Origin: Malacoraja senta
Taxonomy: Eukaryota
Direction of reading: 5' to 3'
Assembly (NCBI GenBank): GCA_038087875.1
Contig: CM075989.1
Coordinates: 22,322,001 to 22,386,000, forward strand
DNA: 64,000 nucleotides
Made by a program: the position numbers and the translations under genes
Shown: one piece after another, positions 1 to 11,760 of the stretch
How positions within the stretch are numbered: position 1 is the stretch's first letter
Layout of the letters: every line of letters starts with the position of its first letter
The notes under the pieces: generated by a model
The model's database searches: none
Told to the model about the DNA's origin: nothing
The model's input: only the letters and a program-made list of their open reading frames with translations

Positions 1-29
1 GTTGGTTTAATACTTCTTTATATAATATA

Positions 30-623
30 TAGAATATAAAACAATGTTGTAATGCTTATAAGGCACTTGTCAAACCGCATCTGGAATATTGTGAGCAGTT
101 TTGGCCCCACATCTGAGGAGGGATGTGCTGGCTTTGGAGAGAGTCCAGAGGAGGGTTACCAGGATGATCCCAGAGATGATTGGGTTATTATATGAAGAGC
201 GTTAGATGACTCTGGGCCTGTACTCGCTGGAGTTTAGAAGGTTGAGGAGAGAACTCATTGAAACTTACCGACTCGTGAAAGGCCTGGATAGAATGGATGT
301 GGAGAGGATGTTTCCACTGGTTGGAGAGCCTATCACCAGAGAGCACAACCTCAGAATAAAAGGACGTACCTTTAGAAAGGAGATGAGGAAGAATGTCTTT
401 AGTCAGAGTGTGGTGAATCTGTGGAATTCATTGCCACAGACGGCTGTGGAGGCCAAGTCAGTGGGTATTCTTAAAGTGGAGATTGACAGATTCTTGATTA
501 GTAAGAGTGTCAGGGTTTATGGGGAGTAGGCAGGAGAATGGGGTTGAGAGGGAAAGATAGATCAGGCATGATTGAATGGCCAAGTGGCCTTATTCTGCTC
601 CAATGACTTATTAAGTTATGAAC
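30..623 (+). mobile_element. CR1/HER1-type LINE, 3' fragment (RT C-terminus + 3' UTR)
   Basis: Translation LGLYSLEFRRLRRELIETY..RMFP..TREHNLRIKG..FSQSVVNLWNSLP is the typical CR1 ORF2 end; stop at 527-529, then a CR1 tail. Confidence 0.9.
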
Positions 624-624
624 T

Positions 625-868
625 TTTAGTTTAGTTTAGAAGTACAGCGCGGAAACAGGTACTTTGGCCCACCGCGTCCGCGCCGACCAGCGATCCCCGC
701 TCACTAAAGCTATCCTACACACACAAGGGATAATTTACAATTATGCTAAGCCAATTAACCTACAAACCTGTACATCTTTGGAGTGTGGGAGGAAACCCGT
801 AGACTGGATTGAAACCGGGTCTTGGGCACTGCAAGGCAGCAACTCTACCGCTGTACCAATGTGCTGCC
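625..868 (-). mobile_element. HE1-type V-SINE with internal deletion
   Basis: Reverse complement has a tRNA-like head, the V-domain remnant GGTTTCCTCCCACACTCCAAAGA and a (CTAAA)n tail. Confidence 0.85.
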
Positions 869-1003
869 CATTCATTACATACCTTGAAATATCAAAGAGC
901 AATCCATAAATACCCAGGTTATTTGATCAGAGAATCACAGGATGCCTCTGCTCAGGGAGTGGCCCTCGTCAGACTTGTTGGTGGAGCTCCACGCAAGTTT
1001 ATC

Positions 1004-4000
1004 ATGGAGAAAGGGCGTAGGGGAAGGAGACGCACCGCAGGTAAAACCCAAGTTCCTGAGGGTAGCGGGCATCAATTAGAGGAGTCAGTGGCAGCGAGGC
1101 CATTAACTCCCGTTGCTGTCGAAAGTGCCGTTATACCGCCGGAGGCGGGGCGCAAGGCAGGACAAAAGTCGGCCCGACCAGTAGACTCCGATGAGTCAGA
1201 CCCGGAGGAATACCCTCCTCAGGCAGAAAATATAATGGCTGCTAGGGTCGCGAGTTTGGAACTTCTGATGGGGAAAATGATTTATAAAGAACCCCCACAG
1301 GAGGATTTCAGTCCGTGTTGGCCTATGGAGGATATAGCACAGGGGGTGCCTTGGATGGGACAGGCACAAGGATGGCCTACAGGAGAGCCATCAGGAATGC
1401 CTGTGCAGAAACAATACAGTGGTTGGCCTACAGGAGAGCCAGTGCCCGAAATGCCAGCAAAAAGGCAGTATATGTGTTGGCCTACCGGAGAGCTAGTACT
1501 AGAAATGCCTGAACAAAGGCAGTACAAACGTTGGGTGAGAGATGTGCCAACACCGACAATGGCTAAAGAAAAACAAATGAAGCGTTGGCCTAGAATTGAG
1601 CCAGCGCCAGCAGCACCTGAAACAGGGCTGCCTATCCGTGGGCCTCCAGGAGAGCCCGCGCAGGGGGAATCTGGCAGAGACCTTACTATGCAACGGCCAA
1701 TTGAAGGGCCAGGGCTAGACTTACCTGAAACAGGGGAGCCAGAAATTTCCCATCAAGAAGAGGAACATCTAGACTCAGATGATGAATTGTATGAGGACCA
1801 GAGCCCATTATCAGAGGTCAAAGTTCCAGGGCTGGCACAAAAGGTTGCTGTTCCCAGAGTAACAGGGGAACCTTTGAGAGAGAAAATAGCAATGACTATA
1901 AATTATCTGCTCTCACATCAGCTCCAGGAATTAACTATGGATGAGACTGTTAAAAAATATGAGACCCCGGCAAATTGTGAACTGCTAGCAGTCCCAGCGG
2001 TGAATAACTTAATATGGGGTTATTTGAGCATTGGATTACGCTCACAAGAATTGAAATTACAACGAGTGCTGAGATTGCTGGGGTCAGGCATTACGGCGTT
2101 CGCCAGGGGGTTGGATGAAGATTCTATATCTGATTCACAACAAGATGCCTTAGCACTCATGTGTAGTGCGCACTTTGAAATTAACTGTATTCGTAAAAGT
2201 GCAATAAGACTGAATATTCATCCTAAGTATGCAGGGCTCTGTAAACCATCCAATATACAAATGCCTAATCTGCTTTTTGGAGAAAATCTAGCAAAGAAGC
2301 TAAAAGACCTAAATGAAGAGTCAAAAACCATGAGTGGTATGTTGATGAAACCATCTGTGCTGAGCAGAGCGGTGCGAAGGCAGTATCCCTACAGACGGAA
2401 TGCTGGTGCTGGAGAAGGAACAAGCCGATCGTTCTCATATACACGTTGGTGTGCTGCACCGGGGATACGTGGAGGTTACAATGTGCCTACTAGAAGGGGA
2501 CAACATTTGCCGATGGCAAACCCCGAGGTAGGGGGGTCTGGTCTGGTAAGAAACACAACAAATGTTTTACACTCACAAGTAGGGGAAAGATTACGATTCT
2601 TCCTAAAGGAATGGCAATTAATAACAAATGATTTGTTTATACTGTGCAGCATTGTGGGATTTAAAATTGAGTTCTATCTACATTTGGATCCTCCTACTCG
2701 GCATATTTCAAACCGGTCACGTATTTTCTCAAAGGAAGAGAATACGCAGATCGAGGGAGAATTGAAAATTTTATGCGACAAAGGTGTAATAGAAAAGTCA
2801 GTAGAACAACACCATCAGTTTGTGTCAAGTATTTTTCCTAGAACAAAAAAGGATGGTGGATGTAGAATTATTCTGGATCTGACAAGTCTTAACCTTTTTG
2901 TACAATATAAACATTTCAAAATGGAAACATTCACTAATGCCATTCAGCTGGTCACAAGAAATTGCTACATGGCAAGCATAGATCTGCAAGATGCATATTA
3001 TTCTGTGGCAATGCATGGTAATGATCAAAGATATTTAAAATTTAGCTGGATGAGTCAGTTATGGCAATTTAAAGCATTGCCCAATGGTCTGACTTCAGCA
3101 CCAAGGTTATTTACAAAATTACTCAAACCAATTTTAGCTCTGTTAAGAGCTGAGGGCCATGTATTAATGGCTTATTTGGATGATATTCTGATTGTGGGGG
3201 ACACTTTGGCTACCCCAAAGGTGTCAGTATCAAGAGTCAAGTACATTTTTGAAAAAATGGGCTTCATTATTCACCCACAAAAATCGAAATTGTTACCAAG
3301 CAAGAAGATTGATTACCTAGGGTTCACAATTAACTCAGAACACATGGTAATCACCTTGCCAAAAGACAAAAGGCTGCAGTTAATTGAAGGTTGCACTAAG
3401 CTCATAAATGAGTACAAACCTTCAATTAGACAAGTGGCAAGCTTGCTGGGCAAATTAATTGCTGCTTTTCCAGCTGTAAGATTTGGACCATTGCATTATC
3501 AGCATTTGCAGAGGGCTAAGGTGCAAGCATTAAAGATGAATGCAGGGCATTTTGACAGGCCCATGCAATTGACAATTGAACCCATTACAGAAATAGAATG
3601 GTGGATTAACAATGTCTCTAATGCTTCCAGAAAAGTTTTGGTAGAAGCACCTTCCGTTATTCTACAGACTGATGTAAGTGCTCTAGGATGGGGCGCAACT
3701 AACATTGTTTCCAGCTGTGGAGGTAGGTGGAATGTGGATGAAGTACCTTTGCTTGAAAATCAAGGTATAAATTACCTAGAGCTGTTAGGAGCATTTTATG
3801 GGCTTAAAGCTTATTGCACTAATATGGGAAATGTGCATGTTCAGGTACAGGTTGACAATACTACAGCTGTAGCATATATAAATCACATGGGTGGTATCAA
3901 GTCAGAATCATGTGATACATTGGCAAATGAAATTCGGACCTGGTGTATTGCCAGGAAAATCTGGCTGTCAGCAATGTATTTACCAGGTAAATTTAACACA

Positions 4001-4335
4001 ATTGCAGACAAAAGGTCACGTAAATTTAATGATAATACAGAATGGATGTTGCATCATGAAATATTTAAGCAAATTGTAGCACAATTTGGAATGCCAGAGA
4101 TTGATTTGTTTGCATCAAGACTTAACCACCAATTGTCTAAGTATGTGTCATGGGAACCTCGGGGATTTTGGTGGTGCCAGATTGGCCTACACAGCTATGG
4201 TACCCACTGGTGTTAAACATGATCAAAATACTCCTTATGGTTATTCCAAAGCAGGTAAAACTGCTTGTAAACCCTGTAACTGAGGAACCACATCCTTTAC
4301 ATGATCGTATTGGTTTGTTGATTTGCAGATTCTGA
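1004..4335 (+). pseudogene. DIRS gag + pol (RT, RNaseH, Dam-methylase-like), one frame from ATG 1004, broken at ~4158
   Basis: RT motifs ASIDLQDAYY, LPNGLTSAPRLFTK, AYLDDIL (YLDD 3173-3184); RNaseH TDVSALGWG, INYLELL, VDNTTAVAYIN; MT-like IDLFASRLNHQL; continues in another frame as GILVVPDWPTQLW to 4335. Confidence 0.88.
1316..1740 (+). repeat. Degenerate ~54-bp (18-aa) coding tandem repeat in DIRS gag
   Basis: Units start at 1316, 1370, 1421, 1475, 1529, 1583, 1637, ~1691 (motif xWPTGEP..MP...QY). Confidence 0.75.
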
Positions 4336-5317
4336 TTAGGCCATATCTTGGAAGAGGATTATCAGACCGTACGGTGGATGTTATGGCAGCAGCCTGGAGG
4401 AATAGTACCCAGAAGCAGTACATTTCCTATATAAAGAAATGGGAGGTGTTCTGTTCAGAAAAGAATATTGCATATAACACAGCAGAAATTTCAGATGTAT
4501 TAGAGTTTCTTTCAACTCTTTACTTCGAATTAAAATTAAGTTATAGTGCAATCAATACTGCACGAAGTGCACTCTCTGCATATTTAAGCAGTGAATCAGA
4601 ACAAAATCCAATAGAATCACATCCTTGGGTCTGTAGGTTTATGAAGGGAATTTTCAAGACCAATCCTCCTGGACCTAGGTATACAGAAATCTGGAATGTA
4701 AAAGATGTACTGATGCTGCTGCGTGAATGGAATCCTATTGAAACTCTGTCATTGGCCAAAATTACCATGAAGTTGGTTATGCTCATGGCGTTAATTTCAG
4801 CTCGGAGAGTTCAAACATACAGAAATTAAGAATAGACAGGATGAAAGTAGGGGCAGATGCCTTTACATTCTATGTCTATGATTTACTGAAACAAAGTAGA
4901 CCTGGGTTCACGGGATGTAAGTTGGGGTTTTCAGCATATCCTACGGATCCATGGCTATGTGTAGTAACATATATAAGATGTTACATGGAAACAACCAGAA
5001 TGTTAAGAGGCACAGAATTAGCATTTTTTATTTGTCATAAAAGTCCTCATAAGAAAGTGTCAACACAGACAATTTCAAGATGGTTGAAACAGGTGTTGAT
5101 TTATTCAGGTATTGATACTGATAAATTTAAATCTCATTCCACCAGGGCGGCATCAACATCGGCGGCCAGGGATTCAGACGTTCCAATAGACCTTACCCTC
5201 GCGGCCGCAGGATGGGCAAGTAAACAGATGTTTCACAAGTATTACCATAAGGAGATTAAAGATCCCGGGATGTTTGGTGATGCCGTGCTGGATTCAGTAT
5301 TAAATCCCCCATTATGA
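4329..5317 (+). pseudogene. DIRS tyrosine recombinase, frameshifted at ~4818
   Basis: SAM-like N-part (YSAINTARSALS) and catalytic-type motifs SARRVQT, LLKQSRP, HSTR, AGW, FHKYY; adding one base after ACA restores TLQKLRIDRM and joins the two ORFs. Confidence 0.9.
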
Positions 5318-5505
5318 TAAATGGGTTACTATTGTTAAAATAAATAAAACCATTAACTGATTACATTTAATGTTGGGGTTATGCATTGTTGATTGTGCTT
5401 TACTCAATAGTCAGTCAGTGCAGTGAGCACCTGGATTTTAATCCACGGTGTGAAATCGCAGAGCTTTGAAATCTTCACGTAGTCACTCACGTGACTCCGA
5501 AGTAA

Positions 5506-5808
5506 AATAGTAAGATTAAACGAGAACTTACCAGTTTGAAGTTTGATCTTTATTTTAAGAGGAGTAACGTTGAGGGATTACGTGCCCTCCGCTCCCACCC
5601 TCATAAAAGGATTGAGCTGGTAGTTCTAGTCTTTATGCATCTTACTATCATACTTCAGTAATTGTCGTCTGTGACTTTCACTCCGCTGCTTTGAAGATTG
5701 ACGCGTGTGTGGCTGGACGGGCTCTTCTTCACGTAATCCCTCAATGTAACTCCTCATAAAATAAAGATCAAACTTCAAACTGGTAAGTTCTCGTTTAATC
5801 TTACTATT
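5506..5808. repeat. DIRS internal complementary region and right terminal repeat (79-bp inverted repeat)
   Basis: 5506-5584 is the reverse complement of 5730-5808 with 3 mismatches. Confidence 0.92.
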
Positions 5809-6259
5809 GACAACCGAAGACTCGGAGACCTTGGGGGAAAATGATTCTGGCAACAATTACATAGAAGCTAAATTGAGCAACATAATAAAGATTTCTCTTT
5901 AATTCAGAGTTACCAAGCAGAGCAAATAAGCACATCACTTCATGTTAGATAGTTATTGTCAAATGTTTACGAACAATTATGATGGAGGCAAGAATGGAAA
6001 AACTCAGATTTATGTAACACCTGTTATTTTAAAAATAACTTTGCAGTGTATTTTACAAGACCATTATCAAACAAGATTATGAAGGATAGATTTCGGCTTG
6101 CAATCATACGTTTTGTCCTAGATTTCAACTAGACTTGTACTAGATTTCAAGGCAGATTTTAAATGAGGGAAGAATGTTAAAAGTGTGGACCAGTTTAGGA
6201 TGGGAATGTCAGAGTTTAGTAAAGGCTTGGCTGTCAAAGGTGGACTGGTAGAAATTATT

Positions 6260-6572
6260 AGCACGGTGGCACAGCAGTATAGTTGCTGCCTTACAGCACT
6301 TGCAGAGCCAGAGACCCGGGTTCGATCCTGACTACGGGTGCTGTCTGTACGGAGTTTGTACGTTCTCCCTGTGATCACGTGGGTTTTCTCCGAGATCTCC
6401 GGTTTCCTCCCATACTCCAAAGACGTACAGGTTTGTAGGTTGATTGGCTTGGTATAAATGTAAATTGTCCCTAGTGTGTGTAAGATAGTGTTAATGTGCG
6501 GGGATCGCTGGTCGGTGTGGACTTGGTGGGCCGAAGGACCTGTTTCAGCGCTGTGTCTCCAAACTAAACTAC
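6260..6572 (+). mobile_element. HE1-type V-SINE, full length
   Basis: A box TGGCACAGCAG, B box GGTTCGATCC, V domain, CR1-like tail GGGCCGAAGG-CCTGTTTC, (CTAAA)n. Confidence 0.92.
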
Positions 6573-6651
6573 ATAAAGGAAAGGAGAAAACATAGACTCA
6601 AACTGTGGAACTGTTCTTGTGATGTTACGTTTGGCTGTTCCACTCCTCGAA

Positions 6652-7004
6652 CGACTTGCACTTATATAGCATCTTTCCCATCCCCATTAGGGTGTCATAA
6701 AGGACATTGCTACAAATGAAGTATGTCTGAAGTCTTGTCACTTTGGCGATGGAAGAATCACATAATTTATTTACACGTGGCAAGGTCTTAGAAACAGCAA
6801 TGTGATGATCTGTCTTGGAAAGAGACCTCGAGGTTGGTCTCCAGTGCAAAGGCATCAGGGATGCCATCTTTTGGATGAGATGCACAATCAAGGATCCATT
6901 TTTTTTCTCTGGACATCAAGAGATTCCATGGCATAGGTTTGAAGATAGGAAGCATTATCTCTGAAGTCCTGACCAATAATTCTCCCTCGATCAGCATTTC
7001 ACTA
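6652..7004. mobile_element. Old DeuSINE (SacSINE1-like) in two oppositely oriented pieces
   Basis: 6652-6815 resembles the reverse complement of the Deu 3' part and tail; 6840-7004 resembles the Deu core GCCATCTTTTGGATGAGA..GATTCCATGGCA..GTCCTGACCAATA on +. Confidence 0.65.
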
Positions 7005-7064
7005 CCATCCCTGCATATCCTTCCATTCTCCTGATGCCCATGTGTATATTGAAAAGTCTCTTAA

Positions 7065-8594
7065 TACAATAATACAATTTTTTGTATTATTACTGGGCCG
7101 CAAATGTCAAAAATATGATTCACCTGTTGGACAACTCGGCCCAGCAGGTGGATTGGATAGTAATGGAGAGAGAGGATTGTTCCCCTTTTAATATAGGAGC
7201 GATCCTTCTCTCACCAACAAAATTGAAGAATACAATATATAGTAAAAATCCAATTATTCATAGTACAATTAGAATTTGGAAACAAATAAAATTAACTTTA
7301 AAATTAAGAAATCTATCGCTTCTTTCACCTATAATGAATAACCCTTCGTTTAAACCATCTACTATAGATAAATCTTTTACACACTGGGATAGATTAGGAA
7401 TTAAAACGTTTGGAGACATGTATGATAATGGAATTTTTTTATCATTTCACCAAATACAACTTAAATACAACTTGAGTAGTAATCAATATTTTAAATATTT
7501 TCAAATACGTGACTATTTGAAAAAATATACACAAGAACATCAAAATATGTCTCCAGACCTATTAGACGAGACAATGAATATAAAAGCGGAATCAACTAAT
7601 TTAATATCATACTTGTATAATACCATCCTAAATATAGAAATACCATCATCTGATAGGATTAGAAGAGACTGGGAACAAGAACTAGCTATAAAAATTTCAA
7701 AAGAGAGTTGGGATAAACACTTGTTATATGTGCATAAATGCTCGATTAATGTAAGACACATTTTAATTCAATTTAAAATTTTACATAGATTATACTATTC
7801 AAAGCTAAAATAAGTAAATTTTACCCAAATGCCTCTTTTATCTGTGATAAATGCCTAACCCAAGAAGCAACTATAGCGCATTCTTTTGTTTTTTGTATAA
7901 AAATTCAAAATTTTTGGGATGAAATCTTTGAAATTTTCACGAAATTATTTAAAATAAAACTGAAACCGAATGCAGAACTGATCATTTTTGGAACAATCGA
8001 AGCCAGTTTGGAGCTGACTTCGTTTCAAAAGAGCTTTCTTAATTATGGCTTAATAACGGCAAAAAAACTTATACTGAAATTTTGGAAAAACGCTCCCACG
8101 CCAACGATAAAAATGTGGATTTCTAATATGTCGGAACTGTTACACCTAGAAGATATGAGATTCCTCTTAGCAGGTAAACCAGACCATTTCCAAAAGATTT
8201 GGTCTCCATTTATCAACTTATTACAAATATAGGGTGCAACAAAATGTTGATAATAAATGGTTTTAGGACCTGGTGAGGGGTGAGTAAAGATATGAAGTTG
8301 GTACATCCCTTTTATCTTGTCTTATCTTATCTTACATTCTTTTTTAAAATCTTTTTCCTTCTTTTGTTTTTTTCTTTTTGTTTAACTCCTTCTTGTGGTT
8401 TAGGTCCCTATGGGGTTTCCTGGACCACTCTTTCACTCACTCACTTACTATCTCTGCTAACTCTTTCTATCCTTTTTCTTATTAAAGTTTAAAATAAGAA
8501 GTGGTACAAGAAATGTATAATTTTAAGTTTGTTTGAGATTACTGCACTGTACAATACTTCTAATAAAAATAAAAAAATAAAAAATAAATAAAAA
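7065..8594 (+). mobile_element. L1-clade LINE, 5'-truncated, with poly(A) and 14-bp TSD, inserted in a minus-strand CR1 fragment (7005-8795)
   Basis: ORF2 C-terminus YYWAAN..QFKILHRLY..CDKC..HSF..C; A-rich tail 8561-8594; TSD GAAAAGTCTCTTAA at 7051-7064 and 8595-8608. Confidence 0.9.
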
Positions 8595-8924
8595 GAAAAG
8601 TCTCTTAAATAACATTATCGTATCTGCCTCTATCATCAACTCCAGCAGAATGTTCCAGACTCTCCCCATCCTTTGTGTAATCAAAAAACTTGCCCCACGC
8701 ACCTCCTTTAAACTTTTCCCCTCTCACCTTAAAGCTATGCCCCCTAGTATTTAATATTTCCATCCTGAGTAAAAGGTTCTGACTGTCTACCCTCTCTAAA
8801 CCCTCAAATATATGTTAGGCTTAGGCACATGTTTGAGGGTAAGAGGGAGAAATAGCGGCCAGAATAACAATTCTCTTGGTGTTAGTGTTAAGTTCGAAGC
8901 GTGATTGAGATCGCTTATTGGCAG

Positions 8925-9730
8925 ATCACCAGGATGCATCACAGCTTGGTTTGGGAACAGCTCCATCCTAGACCGCAAGAAATCGCAGCGAGTTGTGGAC
9001 CCAGCCCAGACCATCACACAAACCAACCTCCCTTCCTATGACTCCATTTACGCCTCACGCTGCCTCGGCAAGGCCAGCAGCTTAATTAAGGACGAGTCGC
9101 ACCCTGGCCACTCCCTCTTCTCCCCTCTCCCAACAGGCAGAAGGCTCAGAAGTTAGAAAACTCACACCTCTAGATTCAGGGACAGTTTCTTCCCAGCTGT
9201 TATCAGGCAAGTGCATCATCCTACCACAACCAGAGAGCAGTGCTGAACTACCATCTACCTCTTTGGTGACTCTCAGACTATCCTTGATTGGACTATGCTA
9301 GTTTTACCTTGCGCTAAACATTATTTCCGATTTGTTTATCTATCAACTGTAAATGGATCGATTGTAATCATTTATTGTTGCTGACTGGATAGCCCGTGAC
9401 AATAGTGGATTCGAAGATAGACAAAAGTGCTGGAGAAACTCAGCGGGTGAGGCAGCATCTATGGAGCGAAGGAAATAGGCAACGTTTTGGGCCGAAACCC
9501 TTCTTCAGACATTTTAAAGATATTTTTAAGGCAGAGATAGATAGATTCTTGATTAGTACAAGTGTCAGAAGTTATGGGGAGAAGGCAGGAGAATGCGGTT
9601 CGGAGGGAGAGATAGATCAGCCTTAATTGAATGGTGGAATAGACCTAATGGGCTGAATAGCCTAATTCTACTATCACTTAGCTTTTCACTGTACCTCGGT
9701 ACATGTGACAATAAACTAAACTGAACTGAG
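8925..9730 (+). mobile_element. Rex/Babar-like LINE 3' end, interrupted by Penelope-derived (9415-9510) and CR1 (9515-9675) pieces
   Basis: GCITAWFGNS..DRKK.QRVV..IKDESHPGHSLFSPLPTGRR; tail TTTCACTGTACCTCGGTACATGTGACAATAAAC at 9683-9716. Confidence 0.8.
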
Positions 9731-10732
9731 ATCAAGAATGCGCTCCTCAAAGCCTTTAGGTTGTTGTAAATAACAGACGGAAATGTTGGGGAACATGCCT
9801 AGGATCTGGTGCAATAAGTTTATACGGAACGAGGCTCAGTATCAAGGGCACACATCACAAAATTGGCTCCACACTGTCTAAGCACATTTTCTATCTTCTC
9901 TTCCATCACCACCATTCACCTTCTCGAGCACTTCACCTCCTTGTTTATTGCTTGCACTTGAACACTGCGCACGTTTTAACCTGCAAACTTTCAAAGTTCA
10001 CTGTTGCCGAATGGTCATTGACATTAGACTTGTCCTCCAAGAGATCTATGTTAAAGGTTTCAAAGTTCACTTGCTGCAGTCCATTAAGACTGCAGGAAAA
10101 AGAAATCAATAAAGTACATAATTACAGGGACACTCTTCGCTCTGAATAGTTCATATACACAGCAATGTGCAGAAAAGGTCTCCCTTTCTCCAGCACTCGC
10201 TTACTTTCATCAAGTGGGTATTTCTCACTTACTGAACACAGGCATTACTTATTTTGGAGATATTTAGAGCCTTTGTTAAGATATGATTTTTGAACCAGGG
10301 TCAAGTGATACAGATATATAATAGTTCTCCTTGCACTCATGTATTCTTTCTTCATTAATGTTTCTATACATTTCTCTTCTGTTTACATATTTGTAAGGAC
10401 TGGTTTTATTTTTTAATTTTGTTAATTCCACCATTAATATCTACATTTTTCCGCAGTTTTTTTTCAGCTGTAGCAAGTGGTATGAAACCATCAAATTGTG
10501 TCTCGTCTTTATTCCAAAGCCTCACTTTTCTGAGCCAGCCATGAACAAATACTCCCAAAATGAGTGTTATTATCATTTGGAGTGGGGATGGGTGGGGATG
10601 AGGTGGAATTCTGATGGGCACTTAGGTCAAGACAGCCTATGGCCACTTTCAAGTTTGTATAACTTCATGGACATAAGAAATTAATTGGTGCTGATACCAA
10701 AGTCAACAAGAATTTGTATCAAAATGTACAGC

Positions 10733-11113
10733 GGGGGGGCGCCAGCAATGGCTGCCTCGCCAACAGTCAGTCTGTCCTTTCCTTCTTTGTGTTTGATTTT
10801 ATGTGTTAAATGTATGTTTTTAGTGTTCTTCAGTTTGTTTTATGGGGGGGGGGGGGGTGTGGGTTGGGGGGAAACTTTTTCTAATCTCTTACCTCGACAG
10901 AGATGCGATTTTTTTCCCGACCGTGGGAGAATATAGAGGAAGAAGACTTTTTTACCTTCCATCACAGTGAGGAACGTGGGGAATCCGCTGTGGTGGATGT
11001 TTATGTTAACTTTTATGTAGTTGTGTGTCTTGTTAGTTTTTTTTCCGTATGGCGTAGGGTAATTCGCATATCACTGTACCTTAATTGGTACATGTGACAG
11101 TAAAAGACCTTTG
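10733..11113 (+). mobile_element. Non-coding repeat ending in a Rex/Babar-like tail
   Basis: GC-rich start GGGGGGGCGCCAGCAATGG; end TCACTGTACCTTAATTGGTACATGTGACAGTAAA resembles 9685-9716. Confidence 0.55.
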
Positions 11114-11149
11114 AAGCCATTGAACACAATTTTTAAAAATATAGTTTAA

Positions 11150-11335
11150 TTGAATATTAGTTTAGTCGGGTACAATGGAAAGTTTTTATGTGTTAACCAG
11201 TCAGCGGAGAGACAATACATGATTACAATCGAGCCATCCACAGTGTTACCGATACATGATAAAGGGAATACAGTTTAATGCAAGGCAAAGCCTGATGAAA
11301 GATAGTCCTAGGGTCTCCAAAGAGGTAGATGGTCA
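11150..11335 (-). mobile_element. Rex/Babar-like 3' UTR fragment
   Basis: Reverse complement resembles 9250-9390. Confidence 0.6.
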
Positions 11336-11364
11336 ACCAGCCTCTGCAGTTCATCCCTGCACAT

Positions 11365-11760
11365 GTAATTATATGGTAGCTTTCATGACTTCAAGATGTT
11401 CCAAATTACTTTAAAACCAATAAAATACTTTTGAATGACTATCACAGTGCAGGAATCCAGACCAAACAAATTCCACATGGTGAGGTTTTACAAACAGTAA
11501 TATGGTGATGATCTGCAAAAATGTTCTGGGGAAAGTGGTTAATGGGTAACAATTGGCTATGACTACAGGAAGAGTCTTCCTTCCTCCCTCTCCCCTACTT
11601 TTCTGTACATCTTCTGCATCCTCTTTGGAGGCCACTTTGGTCTCATCCATGAGGAAGCTTCATCTCCATTTGGTAGAACTATCACACTCTATGGTACATA
11701 AGCATGGTGGTGCGTTGTACTCTGCCTTTGAGTTATGGTCCAGAGAAGTGAATAGAATGG
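11365..11760 (-). mobile_element. Highly degenerate DeuSINE (SacSINE1-like)
   Basis: CCAATAAAATACTTTTGAATG, ACAAACAGTAATATGGTGATGA and GTCTCATCC segments in the order expected for a reverse-complemented Deu domain. Confidence 0.5.

Larger units (their letters stand above)
940..5808 (+). mobile_element. DIRS1-like tyrosine-recombinase retrotransposon, 5'-truncated and defective
   Basis: Order gag-like, RT (YLDD), RNaseH, methylase-like, YR; 79-bp inverted repeat 5506-5584/5730-5808; left terminal repeat not found; 5' boundary approximate. Confidence 0.93.

Noticed and set aside
809..1003. N-terminal 65 aa of the 1135-aa ORF
   Set aside because: Starts at a non-ATG codon inside a reverse SINE; the first plausible ATG is 1004
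4323..5317. Phage integrase or bacterial contamination
   Set aside because: The recombinase sits in standard DIRS order after RT/RNaseH and is flanked by native SINEs
6260..6340. tRNA genes at SINE heads (also 39607 and other copies)
   Set aside because: A/B boxes run straight into SINE bodies; no complete cloverleaf supported
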